Below, piece by piece: positions 1-9,245 of a stretch of DNA of 64,000 nucleotides. Origin of the DNA: an uncultured virus (IMG/VR IMGVR_UViG_3300009499_000296) (Duplodnaviria; Heunggongvirae; Uroviricota; Caudoviricetes). The notes beneath the pieces were generated by a model, which saw only the letters and a list, made by a program, of their open reading frames with translations, ran no database searches and was not told the DNA's origin. The stretch lies in the IMG/VR virus record IMGVR_UViG_3300009499_000296. One strand, given 5' to 3'. Both the position numbers and the translations under genes were made by a program. How positions within the stretch are numbered: the stretch's first letter is position 1; each line of letters opens with the position of its first letter.

Positions 1-121
1 GTGAGAGAGTGTCCCTTCAAGAAGCAGTGCGTGGAACACTTCCGGCTTTCCGCCAGATGGCTAGGGTTACCCTGTCCCTGGGAAGATAAGGACAGAGTAG
101 AAGACTGTCTGCGGTGGGCCA

Positions 122-712
122 TTGAGGAAGACAGACGCTATGCGCAGGAATGGAGGAGGCTCGTTGAAAGAGAGACAGGTCCAGCGGGAAGTTACACTCT
201 CAGTTAAGGCTTGGGGCGGATACTCTGCTTGCACTCAAGACGCCACTGTGTGTCCTAAGTGTAAGCACATGATTGTTCCCTCTCGAGGAAGGCCAGACTT
301 CTTCTGCTATCTTGGAAGATATGGCTTCGTCGTGGAGGTAAAATCTGCCGCACTCAACTTTTCCTTCTCTGACCTCGGAGAGAAGCAGAGAGAGTGGGGC
401 CAGTGGTTCGTGATGGATAGGCACTCGGACTGGTACTTGTGGCTCTCTATGGGGACTAGGCTGAATCACCCCGAGTACCCCAGACGCACTTGGCTCATAC
501 CGCTTAGGGACTTCCTAGCAGTCGAGGCGATTGTCCGGGAATACCAAAAGTCAATCCCCTACCAAGCAGGAAAGGGGCACAATGTGGAGATGCAGCTGCG
601 GCATATAGATGCGGTCCACCTGTTAGCCCCTTATGAGCTGGAGCGGCGTGACGGTGTTTGGTGGTTGCCTGTGTGTCATGCGTTGTCGGATAAAATCGAG
701 AGACCGTTATAA
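122..712 (+). CDS. PD-(D/E)XK nuclease, Holliday-junction-resolvase/RecU-like (true start probably downstream of 122)
   Basis: GRPDFF...VVEVKS motif, preceded by CxxC. Confidence 0.55.
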   Translation: MRKTDAMRRNGGGSLKERQVQREVTLSVKAWGGYSACTQDATVCPKCKHMIVPSRGRPDFFCYLGRYGFVVEVKSAALNFSFSDLGEKQREWGQWFVMDRHSDWYLWLSMGTRLNHPEYPRRTWLIPLRDFLAVEAIVREYQKSIPYQAGKGHNVEMQLRHIDAVHLLAPYELERRDGVWWLPVCHALSDKIERPL

Positions 713-735
713 GATCGCTCAACAGGAGGTATGAG

Positions 736-1056
736 ATGTCCGCAAAGTGCAAGGTCTGTGGAACGTGGGTTTTTGACGAGGACGGCCAGTGCTACGGCAC
801 GGAGTTTCCCAAGGGTAGCGGCGAGTGGGTTTGTAATGAGCTGGCCTGTCAGGAGGCTGCCGAGTCCCAAGGTGAACTTCTCAGATACTTAAGGGTTGCC
901 ATTAGCGAAGCCTATCATAATCTATTGGCCGATGCGGAGGGTAAGAAGAGGCCGTCTGCTAGTGAACCACTTGATGCCCTTCGCTCTGTATTGAAGGAAA
1001 TCCGCATATACCAGGAGTCAAAATGTGAACAAACTAACGATTGTGCCAGTTTCTGA
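736..1056 (+). CDS. hypothetical protein with N-terminal Cys cluster
   Basis: AGGAGG RBS, ATG start, packed operon. Confidence 0.6.
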   Translation: MSAKCKVCGTWVFDEDGQCYGTEFPKGSGEWVCNELACQEAAESQGELLRYLRVAISEAYHNLLADAEGKKRPSASEPLDALRSVLKEIRIYQESKCEQTNDCASF

Positions 1057-1741
1057 AATTATCCCTTGGAGCACTGCCGACCTGGCAAAAGCTGGAACGA
1101 ACCTGGCTCAGGCCCTGCTCTTCGTTGCAGAGAAGACGCTCGAGCAGGACTCCCCCGACTTTCGGAAGGACTACACCGGGGCAGAGAGGGACGCTATGGT
1201 GAGCCAGCGGGCCCTCAAGCTCCACAACCTCATGGAGCTGGCAATGGACGCTGCCGGGCAGGAGCTGGTAGAGTCCCTCCAGGAAAATGGAGCCTTCCAT
1301 CCGGACCTGAGAGGGGACAGCCAAGAGCTGGTGGACGAACTGCTCACCAAGGGAGATCAGTACAAGCGAAGACAAGGGTGGTATATAGTCAACGTGGTGT
1401 TCCCTAAAGCCAAGGAACTGGGCATCAACGTAGAGGCGTGGAAAGAAGAGACCAGCTACGCCAAGTTAAGAGAACTTACAGCAGACTTCCGGTTCATCCT
1501 GGAGGACAAGGAAGTCAGCGAGAGTGAGCGAGAGGACGTGTTCCTCAATCTGGTGGGATTGTCCACCAAGAGAGTCACAGAGATCCGCGAAGCCAGGATG
1601 CTTCGGGGGCCCAGCGAATTTACCGTTGCCGAGCAGAAGAGAGAGGATGGCTACGAGTGGCGTATCCCCTGGCTTTCTGCCGACACACGCGATTGGGCCT
1701 TGCGGAAGTTGCAACCCTGGGTAAAGAGGGAGAAAATATGA
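1025..1741 (+). CDS. hypothetical protein
   Basis: 238-aa ORF overlapping both neighbours. Confidence 0.65.
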   Translation: MNKLTIVPVSEIIPWSTADLAKAGTNLAQALLFVAEKTLEQDSPDFRKDYTGAERDAMVSQRALKLHNLMELAMDAAGQELVESLQENGAFHPDLRGDSQELVDELLTKGDQYKRRQGWYIVNVVFPKAKELGINVEAWKEETSYAKLRELTADFRFILEDKEVSESEREDVFLNLVGLSTKRVTEIREARMLRGPSEFTVAEQKREDGYEWRIPWLSADTRDWALRKLQPWVKREKI

Positions 1742-1992
1742 CTTTGTGGCACGCACTGAAACGGTGGTTTGGATTGAGGCCAACTCAGCAGCAGGCTGTT
1801 ATGTGTAAGCGTTGCCATAGACTCTTGGGTTATATTGAGGGCGGTATCTTCTTGCCTGTTGACACGAAGGTAGAGTGCTACATCACCTGGTATCCACTGG
1901 TCATGGTGAGATGCCTCTTGTGCAGCAAGCAGTATGAGATCCTTCTGCCCAAGTATGCGGATGCGCTTAGAGAAGAGGAGGAGGATGGCTGA
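1738..1992 (+). CDS. small Zn-ribbon-like protein
   Basis: ATGA overlap with upstream stop; two CxxC pairs. Confidence 0.5.
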   Translation: MTLWHALKRWFGLRPTQQQAVMCKRCHRLLGYIEGGIFLPVDTKVECYITWYPLVMVRCLLCSKQYEILLPKYADALREEEEDG

Positions 1993-2179
1993 GGTGATGT
2001 GTTCAGTTACAGACTGCCTGTACCAAGACGACGACAAGTGCACCAGGCCCGTTGTGTTCATTGTGCGCGGTGAGACCTACCCTGGCCTGACTGGGTGTGC
2101 CAGTTGGGTGCCTCGTGGTGCTCAAGACGGGGAGGAGGACGATGGGTATGCAGGATCTTATGGCCAAGCTGATTGCTGA
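1985..2179 (+). CDS. small Cys-containing hypothetical protein
   Basis: GGAGG RBS; CSVTDCLY...C...C pattern. Confidence 0.5.
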   Translation: MAEVMCSVTDCLYQDDDKCTRPVVFIVRGETYPGLTGCASWVPRGAQDGEEDDGYAGSYGQADC

Positions 2180-2393
2180 AGTGGTGGCGGAGCGTGAACG
2201 CCAAACTGCAATGTGGGGAGAGCCAGAGCATGATAACTTCGTGTGGCTGGCCATCCTTGCCGAGGAACTGGGGGAGGTCTCCGGGGCAGCGCTTGAGGGA
2301 AGTAGCGTCAACATCCGAAGGGAGATTATCCACGTTGCTGCGGTTGCTCTGGCCTGGCTTGAGTGCATAGAGACTCGTTCCGGGAGGGGGTGA
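2142..2393 (+). CDS. MazG-like nucleotide pyrophosphohydrolase
   Basis: LAEELGEV...REIIHVAAVA motif; GGAGG RBS. Confidence 0.75.
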   Translation: MGMQDLMAKLIAEVVAERERQTAMWGEPEHDNFVWLAILAEELGEVSGAALEGSSVNIRREIIHVAAVALAWLECIETRSGRG

Positions 2394-2438
2394 CGTGGCG
2401 GCAAAGTTCTCGCGGCCATGTGTACGTGTACAGAGAAC

Positions 2439-2466
2439 TTGACATCCTGAGCTTTTGTGGTATAAT
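2439..2466 (+). promoter_or_regulatory. sigma70-type promoter
   Basis: TTGACA-N16-TATAAT with TG extension. Confidence 0.75.
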
Positions 2467-2625
2467 GATGAGAAAAAAAACAGCTTCGTCCGAGCTCATA
2501 AAGCCACCACAAGACAGGCCCTTTCTGTCTGGGCCTCCCGCCTCTTTGCTGTTGTGGTGGCAGCGACGGGACGAGGAGGCTGGGAGACTCAGACAGAAGG
2601 GGCCTTCACTATTTAGGAGGAAACA

Positions 2626-2796
2626 ATGCAAGACAAAACCCTTGCCAACTACGAACGATGTCGCAAGCCGTGTCCGGGCGGAAATGAGTGCATTCTGCAA
2701 GACGTGAAGCATACCCTCTGTGTCTGCCCCGATCCCCGATGTTGGTGCCACTCTTCAGATAGGTATTGCCAGGAGCGAGGAAAGGAGAATGGATGA
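2626..2796 (+). CDS. small Cys-rich protein (56 aa, below the ORF-track cutoff)
   Basis: AGGAGG RBS, MQDKTLANYERCRKPCPGGNEC...; overlaps the initiator start. Confidence 0.55.
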   Translation: MQDKTLANYERCRKPCPGGNECILQDVKHTLCVCPDPRCWCHSSDRYCQERGKENG

Positions 2797-3340
2797 AGTA
2801 ATCCATGACGAAAGCGACCTAAGAAAATACCGTACAGAGATACCCAATCTGATTGACGACATGGGATTGGATGTCTACGAGGCTCGTCTCTACCTACATT
2901 ACAAGAGAGTGTGTGGGGCCAAAGGGGGCACATGCTGGCAGAGTGTCCGAACAACTGCCAAGGCCTGCAAGATGAGCAAGGGCAAGGTCACGGGGACACG
3001 AAAAGGCCTTGAGCGGAAAGGGCTCATTCGCTGCGAGAAGAATACGGAGACCAGCACTATTAACATAACCATCATGGACATCTGGCCCGCCAACTTCTGG
3101 TGGTACTCGGCACCGCGAGAGGGGCCCCTACCCACCATTGCCGAAATGGTAGCTAGGTGTCCACCACATGGACAGGGTGCCCACCACACGGGACAGGGGT
3201 GTCCACCAGGTGGACGTAAGAAGGAACCCTATAAGAAGAAACCATATAAGAAATATAGTCGCTCACGTCAAAATTCAAGTCTTCCCACACAAGATGACTT
3301 TAGAGCGGAGCTGGCAGCCATGAAAAGAGAGGTATGGTAA
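2789..3340 (+). CDS. phage replication initiator (winged HTH, lambda-O-like)
   Basis: IPNLIDDMGLDVYEARLYLHY...CWQSVRTTAKACKMSKGKV...LERKGLI; internal iteron-like repeats; upstream of a DnaC-like gene. Confidence 0.75.
   Translation: MDEVIHDESDLRKYRTEIPNLIDDMGLDVYEARLYLHYKRVCGAKGGTCWQSVRTTAKACKMSKGKVTGTRKGLERKGLIRCEKNTETSTINITIMDIWPANFWWYSAPREGPLPTIAEMVARCPPHGQGAHHTGQGCPPGGRKKEPYKKKPYKKYSRSRQNSSLPTQDDFRAELAAMKREVW
3156..3258. repeat. putative replication origin (iterons plus A-rich tract) inside the initiator gene
   Basis: three copies of GGTGYCCACCA..GGAC, followed by TAAGAA-rich repeats. Confidence 0.5.
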
Positions 3341-3413
3341 GAAAGGGGGATTGGCGCTTTTTCAACAGCTTTTTTAGACGGTCTTTCAAGAGGTAATGTG
3401 AAAGGAGAGAAGC

Positions 3414-3659
3414 ATGCAATGTGGAAAGGGCCATCAACTTATAACGGCAACACAAGAGGTGACGACATTTTACCCGGACTCCGAACCATTCGAGGCTGAC
3501 GTTGAGGAGGACAGTGGGGTTGACGAGATTCGCGCCTACGTCTCTATTGGTATCCTCTGGTGTCCAGAGTGCAATGAAATAGTACATGTCTGGATAGAAG
3601 AGCCCCATGTGTCAACAGGAGCTGGAGGGGGCATACGACAACACAAGGAGGAAAGATGA
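3414..3659 (+). CDS. hypothetical protein
   Basis: AAGGAG RBS; CxxC. Confidence 0.55.
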   Translation: MQCGKGHQLITATQEVTTFYPDSEPFEADVEEDSGVDEIRAYVSIGILWCPECNEIVHVWIEEPHVSTGAGGGIRQHKEER

Positions 3660-3828
3660 TAGAAGTTTTCACTCAGGCAGAGTATTGGGAGGGGGAAGAG
3701 CGATACGGCCAATGCGATTGGGGCTGTAGGCGCGACACTATCCGGTTTGGTATATCCGTGGACGGCAGAATCTATGAGGTCTGCGAGGATTGCCTTCGCG
3801 ACCTGCAAGAACTGTTTGAGGAGGAAAC

Positions 3829-4080
3829 ATGAGTGAACTACTATGTCGTCTGTGTCTGAAGCCACTGTCGGAATGTAAATGTCCGGGTGATGGCTGCGAG
3901 ATCTGTGGCAGGAATGAAACAATATATGCCATCGGGGTGTGCGGGGCCTGCGCAGAGGGATCTCTGCCCGATGCCCTGATGGCTGCAAATGAGTTGTACC
4001 GAGCCCTGAAGCTGTTAGGGACACTAGAGCTGCACATAGACACCGCTCTTAGATTCCTGGAGGGTAGAGATGTTGGTTGA
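3829..4080 (+). CDS. Cys-rich hypothetical protein
   Basis: GGAGG RBS; several CxxC. Confidence 0.55.
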   Translation: MSELLCRLCLKPLSECKCPGDGCEICGRNETIYAIGVCGACAEGSLPDALMAANELYRALKLLGTLELHIDTALRFLEGRDVG

Positions 4081-4531
4081 TTTAAGAGATGACCCCCTCT
4101 GCCAGAAAGAGGGAGCCCAGTGCGAGAACTGTGGGGAGCGGATCCCCTTCCCCTTACAGCAGTGCCCCTGCTGTGGCGAGGAAGTGGAGTGGCTCGACCA
4201 CGAGGGCTACAAGAGAGCTAACTATCCCCCCAGGACGAAAGCTCAGCAATACATGTTTCAACAACTGGGCCTCAAATACTTCCAGACCGAAACTGAGAGG
4301 GACCAGTGGGAGAAACTAGAGAGGGAGGTAGGAGAAGAACCAATCGCAGCCTGGACAAACTGGCTTAGAGAGAAGAATGGTTACAGGTTAGGGCGCAAGG
4401 GGTTAAAGGCCGTCCACACCTGTATCACCACATATGGTATGCCAAGGGGGAACAATGTGGGAGAGAGCAAGAAGGTACTGGGAATCGCAACTATCGAACA
4501 GCTACGTCGTGAGTTGGCCGAGCAAGGGTGA
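4070..4531 (+). CDS. Zn-ribbon protein, possibly replication associated
   Basis: CENCG...CPCCG; directly upstream of the DnaC-like ATPase. Confidence 0.55.
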   Translation: MLVDLRDDPLCQKEGAQCENCGERIPFPLQQCPCCGEEVEWLDHEGYKRANYPPRTKAQQYMFQQLGLKYFQTETERDQWEKLEREVGEEPIAAWTNWLREKNGYRLGRKGLKAVHTCITTYGMPRGNNVGESKKVLGIATIEQLRRELAEQG

Positions 4532-5255
4532 GTGTCCCTATTGCAAGGACACTGGCTACGTGAGAGTACACGTATCACTCTATCATCCTCTCTTTGGGCA
4601 ACTAGTCCCCTGTGCTTGCAAAGTACGAGAGCACCACTGCCGACAGCTGGAAGTTGCGAGAGAAGTGATGGCCCATAACCAAATGACAGAGAGGGAAAGG
4701 AACCTGCAAATCAATGGCCTGCAACCCTGGGGCTCCCGGGCAGATTGGGACACCATGAAGAAGGCCAAGCTGTGGGGCCAGGAGTTTGTCGAGAAGTTGG
4801 AAGCGGACGACAGCCCTGGCTGGGGAGTGCTGATAGGTGTTCCAGGCTCTGGGAAAACTCATCTCCTGTGCGGCATAGCCAACGCTCTGATAGATAGAGG
4901 AGTCCCCACTATCTTTGTCTACACAACTGCACTACTTAACGCTCTCAAGGGGACGTTCAATGGAAGGGACAATGAAACAAATGAGTTCCTGGAAGCTCTT
5001 ACAGAGGTGCAGGTACTCATGCTCGATGACCTTGGGGCAGAGTATCGGACAGGGTGGTCGAACAGTATCTTAGAGTTCGTGATAAACGCCCGCTATAAGG
5101 ACAGGGAGGCCCGCCCCACTGTTATCGCAACCAACCTCAGCAAGCAAGCGCTCATGAGTCAATATCCCCGCATTGCATCCAGAGTGCTAGAACGAGGTCT
5201 TTCAGTAGTCCACATGGTTACTGTAGGCGATTACAGACTTGAAAGGAGGACATAG
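4455..5255 (+). CDS. DnaC/IstB-like AAA+ helicase loader
   Basis: CPYCKDTGY...PCAC zinc motif, Walker A GVPGSGKT, Walker B LMLDDLGAE, IATN sensor, RIASR. Confidence 0.9.
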   Translation: MWERARRYWESQLSNSYVVSWPSKGECPYCKDTGYVRVHVSLYHPLFGQLVPCACKVREHHCRQLEVAREVMAHNQMTERERNLQINGLQPWGSRADWDTMKKAKLWGQEFVEKLEADDSPGWGVLIGVPGSGKTHLLCGIANALIDRGVPTIFVYTTALLNALKGTFNGRDNETNEFLEALTEVQVLMLDDLGAEYRTGWSNSILEFVINARYKDREARPTVIATNLSKQALMSQYPRIASRVLERGLSVVHMVTVGDYRLERRT

Positions 5256-5262
5256 AAGCGAG

Positions 5263-5345
5263 ATGAATGAGACGAAAATTGAGTACATATCTGTGCCCTG
5301 TTAGACGGCAGAGTATGGCAAGAATTTCCATGCGACAACGGATGA
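5263..5345 (+). pseudogene. remnant of a phage Gp37/Gp68 (DUF5131)-like gene
   Basis: N-terminal MNETKIEY joined out of frame to C-terminal ALLDGRVWQEFP. Confidence 0.55.
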
Positions 5346-5358
5346 GAGAGGAGGCAGA

Positions 5359-5700
5359 ATGATGGAAATCAGAGTCGCAGGAGTCACGTTAATTGGGTGG
5401 GAGTTCCGGCGGAGAAACTGTTCTCTCCAAGCCCTCTTCCTGACCGTGGCTTGGCAGGACGGAGTATTCTATCTGGCCCTGGGTGGCAATCCTCTGACGG
5501 TGTACGTCAGCTCCGCTGGAGTATTCAGCCTGTGTCTAGGAGGCCCCCTGAAGCAGAGGGAGGCTGGGGCGCGCACGGAAGGGCTGACTACTCTCGTGCT
5601 ACTGCTGGGAATGCTGCTCGTTGGGCAACTACGGTGGTGGTCAGTCTTGGCAGGCTTGGGGTTGTGGTGGGCCGCTGAGTACACGCTGTCAAAAGAATAG
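5359..5700 (+). CDS. membrane protein
   Basis: GGAGG RBS; C-terminal hydrophobic helices. Confidence 0.55.
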   Translation: MMEIRVAGVTLIGWEFRRRNCSLQALFLTVAWQDGVFYLALGGNPLTVYVSSAGVFSLCLGGPLKQREAGARTEGLTTLVLLLGMLLVGQLRWWSVLAGLGLWWAAEYTLSKE

Positions 5701-5750
5701 AGAAGGGAGTCAGGTGCTGAGCGCAAATATCATCAGGAGGATAAGCGACG

Positions 5751-6275
5751 ATGAACAACGAAGAGTTCCTCGCCTACACGGCCGGTTTCTTTGACGCGGA
5801 CGGTTGCGTAGGAGTCTATGGGAAAAAGCAGCCAGAATATCTACGGGGTAGAATCTTTGGCCTAGAGATAGTAATATGCCAAAAGAACTGGCTTCCGATG
5901 TTTCAGAAGTGGCACGAGCGTTGGGGCGGAAGCTTGACGCCCCACCCACATACGGGGTGGCAGTGGCGGCTCGCGTGTAGGCAGGCTGCCTCGTTTCTTC
6001 GGGATATCCTACCCTATCTCCAGAACAAACGTGACCAGGCAGAACTAGCCATCGAGTTCCAAGCGCGGAAGAGGCAACGGGGGAGTACTCACTTAACCGA
6101 TGCCGAGTTCGAGTGGCAGAAGGCCGTCAGCGTGGCCCTTAAGGAGATGAAGCAAACCGGTGGAAAGGCGCCCGTCCGTTGGCTAGAGAGAACCCGAGGA
6201 CAAGTGGCAGAACTCTATCGGCAGTTGAGTCTCTTCCCCAGCCCACACAGTAATACCCTGACAATGGAGGAATAG
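5751..6275 (+). CDS. free-standing LAGLIDADG homing endonuclease
   Basis: LAYTAGFFDADGCV motif; FLRDILPYLQNKRDQAELAIEF. Confidence 0.9.
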   Translation: MNNEEFLAYTAGFFDADGCVGVYGKKQPEYLRGRIFGLEIVICQKNWLPMFQKWHERWGGSLTPHPHTGWQWRLACRQAASFLRDILPYLQNKRDQAELAIEFQARKRQRGSTHLTDAEFEWQKAVSVALKEMKQTGGKAPVRWLERTRGQVAELYRQLSLFPSPHSNTLTMEE

Positions 6276-6313
6276 AAGAGTGCAAGTTCACTTTAGAGAG
6301 GGGGTGAGGCTAC

Positions 6314-6706
6314 ATGCCAGGACAAAATACGAGGAGGCAAATGGATATATTTAGCTATATCGAGGCTGAGATAAACGGCAGGTGGAGGCAAGACGGATAC
6401 CTGGCCAGCACAGCTTCGGTGCAGGCCTTAAATAGGCTGGCCCAAAAGGTGCTAGGGAAAACAGCGCTCAGCCGGAAGAGAGCTGGAAGGCTACTGTTCA
6501 TAGCAGCAGCTCTTCAGTTGGACGGACTGGAGAGCACCAAGGTTCTAACTCAGGCCCAGGTCTCTGCCATGATAGAGTGGCTCAAGGACCCGGAATCGTG
6601 GCACCTCAAGTCTGGGATAGAGGCCGACATTGCTGAAGTTGTGCGTGAGTGCTTAAAGAGAATGGGGCAATTGGAACTTCCATTCAAAGGAGGGGATGAG
6701 GCATGA
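6314..6706 (+). CDS. hypothetical protein
   Basis: 130-aa ORF, ATGA overlap with next gene. Confidence 0.6.
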   Translation: MPGQNTRRQMDIFSYIEAEINGRWRQDGYLASTASVQALNRLAQKVLGKTALSRKRAGRLLFIAAALQLDGLESTKVLTQAQVSAMIEWLKDPESWHLKSGIEADIAEVVRECLKRMGQLELPFKGGDEA

Positions 6707-7308
6707 TATTTACTCAATGGGAACTGGTTTTATCAGGTAAGAAGACGATGACTCGACGGTTGGTGCAGCCCCGTGACTATGTGGGCTGGCATCTTTTCTC
6801 CGATGGTCTGTACCTCTATACCATCTTTCGCTGGAAGACTACCTGTGAGGGGCATGGTATTCTCCAAGGATACTACTACCCGTTGTACGCAATTGGGCGC
6901 ACCTATGCTGTCCAGCCCGGTCGCGGCAAACCCGCCATTTGGATTGGGGCTGATGGCACAGAGTACGACGCCCCCCTCGCTGAGTATCTGCGCAAGGCCG
7001 AAAGCGGTACACGCGCCATCTGGGGACCCCGCGTCAAACAATGGTTGCGTGAGCACGGATACCGTGAGGCTCGCGTTCGCATGATGGCGATTCGCAAGGA
7101 ACAATTGCAGGACATCAGTCCCGATGACTGCTGGTACGAGGGCGTTCGGTTGGGCAGCGCTGGGCTGGGCGGCCCAACCTATCGGATGCACTTTGAAGAC
7201 CTTTGGAATACCATCGCCACTAAGCGCGGCACGAAGTGGTGCGACGACCCGGAGGTATGGGCAATGATGCTACAGCTGGCGGAACGGGGTGTCCAGTGTA
7301 CCGAATGA
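6703..7308 (+). CDS. ASCH/PUA-domain protein
   Basis: VLSGKKTMTRR...EQLQDISPDDCWYEG...FEDLWNTI...WCDDPEVW. Confidence 0.8.
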   Translation: MIFTQWELVLSGKKTMTRRLVQPRDYVGWHLFSDGLYLYTIFRWKTTCEGHGILQGYYYPLYAIGRTYAVQPGRGKPAIWIGADGTEYDAPLAEYLRKAESGTRAIWGPRVKQWLREHGYREARVRMMAIRKEQLQDISPDDCWYEGVRLGSAGLGGPTYRMHFEDLWNTIATKRGTKWCDDPEVWAMMLQLAERGVQCTE

Positions 7309-7319
7309 GTAAAGTACAC

Positions 7320-7348
7320 TTGACAAAATCGAATATGTGTGCTATAAT
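7320..7348 (+). promoter_or_regulatory. sigma70-type promoter
   Basis: TTGACA-N17-TATAAT with TG extension. Confidence 0.85.
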
Positions 7349-7369
7349 AAGCATGGAGGGGAGGCGCAG

Positions 7370-7546
7370 ATGAAGGAACTATGGCCCGAATTTCGGAGGG
7401 CCACTTGGCTTGAAAGGACACTTGCCAGGCTTCTGGGTAGGCGTATCATCACCTGCGACAGAAGTGTCACAAAGGACAGGCATGTAACGGTAACAACCTA
7501 CCAATGGCATAAGAAGCTGTATGTCCACAAGATTAAGGAGGCGTAA
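7370..7546 (+). CDS. hypothetical protein
   Basis: GGAGG RBS just after the promoter. Confidence 0.55.
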   Translation: MKELWPEFRRATWLERTLARLLGRRIITCDRSVTKDRHVTVTTYQWHKKLYVHKIKEA

Positions 7547-7786
7547 ATGCGAAGGATACTGTGCTGGCACGTAGATATCAGGTATGTCGGCTGGGGTGGC
7601 GGCCTCACGCGAGGCGAGAGGAGTGAGATAGAGAGCCTGCTACGCCAAGACCAGAATATCCTAGCAATAAAGCGCTGTAGGCAGTTCACGGGCTTTCGCT
7701 TGCACCGGGCCAAAGCCATAGTTGATCGGCTGCGTGCAAAGATGAAAGAGAAGGAGGCGCAAAATGAAGGACAAGGCACAGATTGA
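7547..7786 (+). CDS. hypothetical protein (L7/L12 C-terminal-like motif)
   Basis: ILAIKRCRQFTGFRLHRAKAIVD resembles the AIKxxRxxTGLGLxEAKxxVD pattern. Confidence 0.5.
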   Translation: MRRILCWHVDIRYVGWGGGLTRGERSEIESLLRQDQNILAIKRCRQFTGFRLHRAKAIVDRLRAKMKEKEAQNEGQGTD

Positions 7787-8075
7787 GCGGGCTATTGAGG
7801 CACTGAAGTGGGAGTACAGCGAGCTTCCACAGTTCAGCGTGTTTGGGGACAACAACCGGGCTCAGCGCGATGCTCGGATAGGAGTCCTGAGACTCGTCAT
7901 TGACCTTGAATATGATGACCACAAAGTGCGCTGGCTGATAGACGAGATTTATGATTCCATACGCTACGACGACGAGACACAAATGGCCATCGGCGATGAC
8001 CTGTACTGGGTGTTGGACAAGCGGGACGATTTGGACGACACAATCAAGCAGTTCCTAGAGAGTAAGGAGGCATAG
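7764..8075 (+). CDS. hypothetical protein
   Basis: AGGAGG RBS. Confidence 0.6.
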   Translation: MKDKAQIERAIEALKWEYSELPQFSVFGDNNRAQRDARIGVLRLVIDLEYDDHKVRWLIDEIYDSIRYDDETQMAIGDDLYWVLDKRDDLDDTIKQFLESKEA

Positions 8076-8076
8076 A

Positions 8077-9171
8077 ATGCTGAGAACGATTGGAGTACTT
8101 GTCAGCGGGGACCCAGGAGCTGGCAAAACCCTTACCGCCCTGTCATTCACAAAGGACACAGGCCAGACGATTCGCCTGGTAACGGACATGGAGGGCCGAG
8201 CCTGGCAGTACCTGACGAAAGGAGAGACAGACAATCCTGCCAAGCTCAAGTATCAGTTCGACTACTGGCCGGAGCCAGGCCTGCGCTTCTCCTGCGCTGA
8301 ACTTCTGGACTTCTACGAGGGGTTGCGCTGTAGAGAGGTAAATGGCTGGGCGTACATCTGGGATGAAGACTCTATGAAGGAAGCCATCGTTATCCCTGAC
8401 GTGTGGGTAATTGACAATGTGGTGCTATTCCAGAGACAGCTCCAGCGCATTGTAGGCAAGAGAGAGAACGCTGTAAAGATAGCGGAAGCGATGGACCTGG
8501 TAGGGTTTGGGATGCTTCTTCAGTACTGGAAGGCCCCTGACCCTAGGTGGTGGAATCTCCTGAAGAGCGTGATAGGAGAACTCCTACTTGCTGCCCGGGC
8601 CAGTGGCGTGAGTGTCATCGCCACGACTGAGATAGGCAACAGGTGGGCCGACTACGGCAAGAAGAAAACTGCCACAAGTCCAGGCCAGCGCATCATCGGC
8701 AAGACGGCAAAGGCCCTCGGCCCGTGGCGACAGCTGCTGGATGCCGTATGGGTACTGGACCGAACCCTCCCGGGTGGCGATGGGCAAACCCGCCTTAAGG
8801 AGAAGCCTACAATCACCATGGACCTGTTCAATCCCAAGGGGTCTCTGGTGGGTGTTCCGCCCAAGTTCGAGTGGACAGGGTGGGATGCGTTCTGGGCTAT
8901 GCTCAACGTAGGAGAGGCACCCACTGACTTCTCAGAGATTGTCCAAGAGACGCAGGAGCCAACACCCGAGGAGCTGGAAGAGGCAGAAGCAGCCAAGGTA
9001 GCAGTAGAGGAGACTGCCCAACCAAGCTCTGGCTCCTTCCGCTCTAGCGACTTCTTTGCTGAGGCTCACAGGCGCAGGGTGGCACCCTCCCGGGCCCAGG
9101 AGATCGCCTTGGAGTACAAGGGCGATTGGGGAAAGGCGATAGCAGTGCTGCAAACAGAGGAGAGGGGGTGA
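8077..9171 (+). CDS. AAA-family ATPase (Sak4/AAA_24-like)
   Basis: Walker A SGDPGAGKT, DMEG, WVIDN Walker B, acidic tail. Confidence 0.75.
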   Translation: MLRTIGVLVSGDPGAGKTLTALSFTKDTGQTIRLVTDMEGRAWQYLTKGETDNPAKLKYQFDYWPEPGLRFSCAELLDFYEGLRCREVNGWAYIWDEDSMKEAIVIPDVWVIDNVVLFQRQLQRIVGKRENAVKIAEAMDLVGFGMLLQYWKAPDPRWWNLLKSVIGELLLAARASGVSVIATTEIGNRWADYGKKKTATSPGQRIIGKTAKALGPWRQLLDAVWVLDRTLPGGDGQTRLKEKPTITMDLFNPKGSLVGVPPKFEWTGWDAFWAMLNVGEAPTDFSEIVQETQEPTPEELEEAEAAKVAVEETAQPSSGSFRSSDFFAEAHRRRVAPSRAQEIALEYKGDWGKAIAVLQTEERG

Positions 9172-9207
9172 TAGAACTGTAACAAAGCACGCATTGGTGT
9201 TGGCTCA

Positions 9208-9240
9208 AGGGGGGACAGTCTAGGCTGCTGTCCCCCCTCT
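9208..9240. terminator. terminator between convergent arms
   Basis: AGGGGGGACAG...CTGTCCCCCCT inverted repeat. Confidence 0.75.
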
Positions 9241-9245
9241 TCTAT

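Noticed and set aside
2481..2503. Hammerhead ribozyme core on the minus strand (CTTTATGA...CGAAG)
   Set aside because: Deviates from CUGAUGA/GAAA and lacks the required stems
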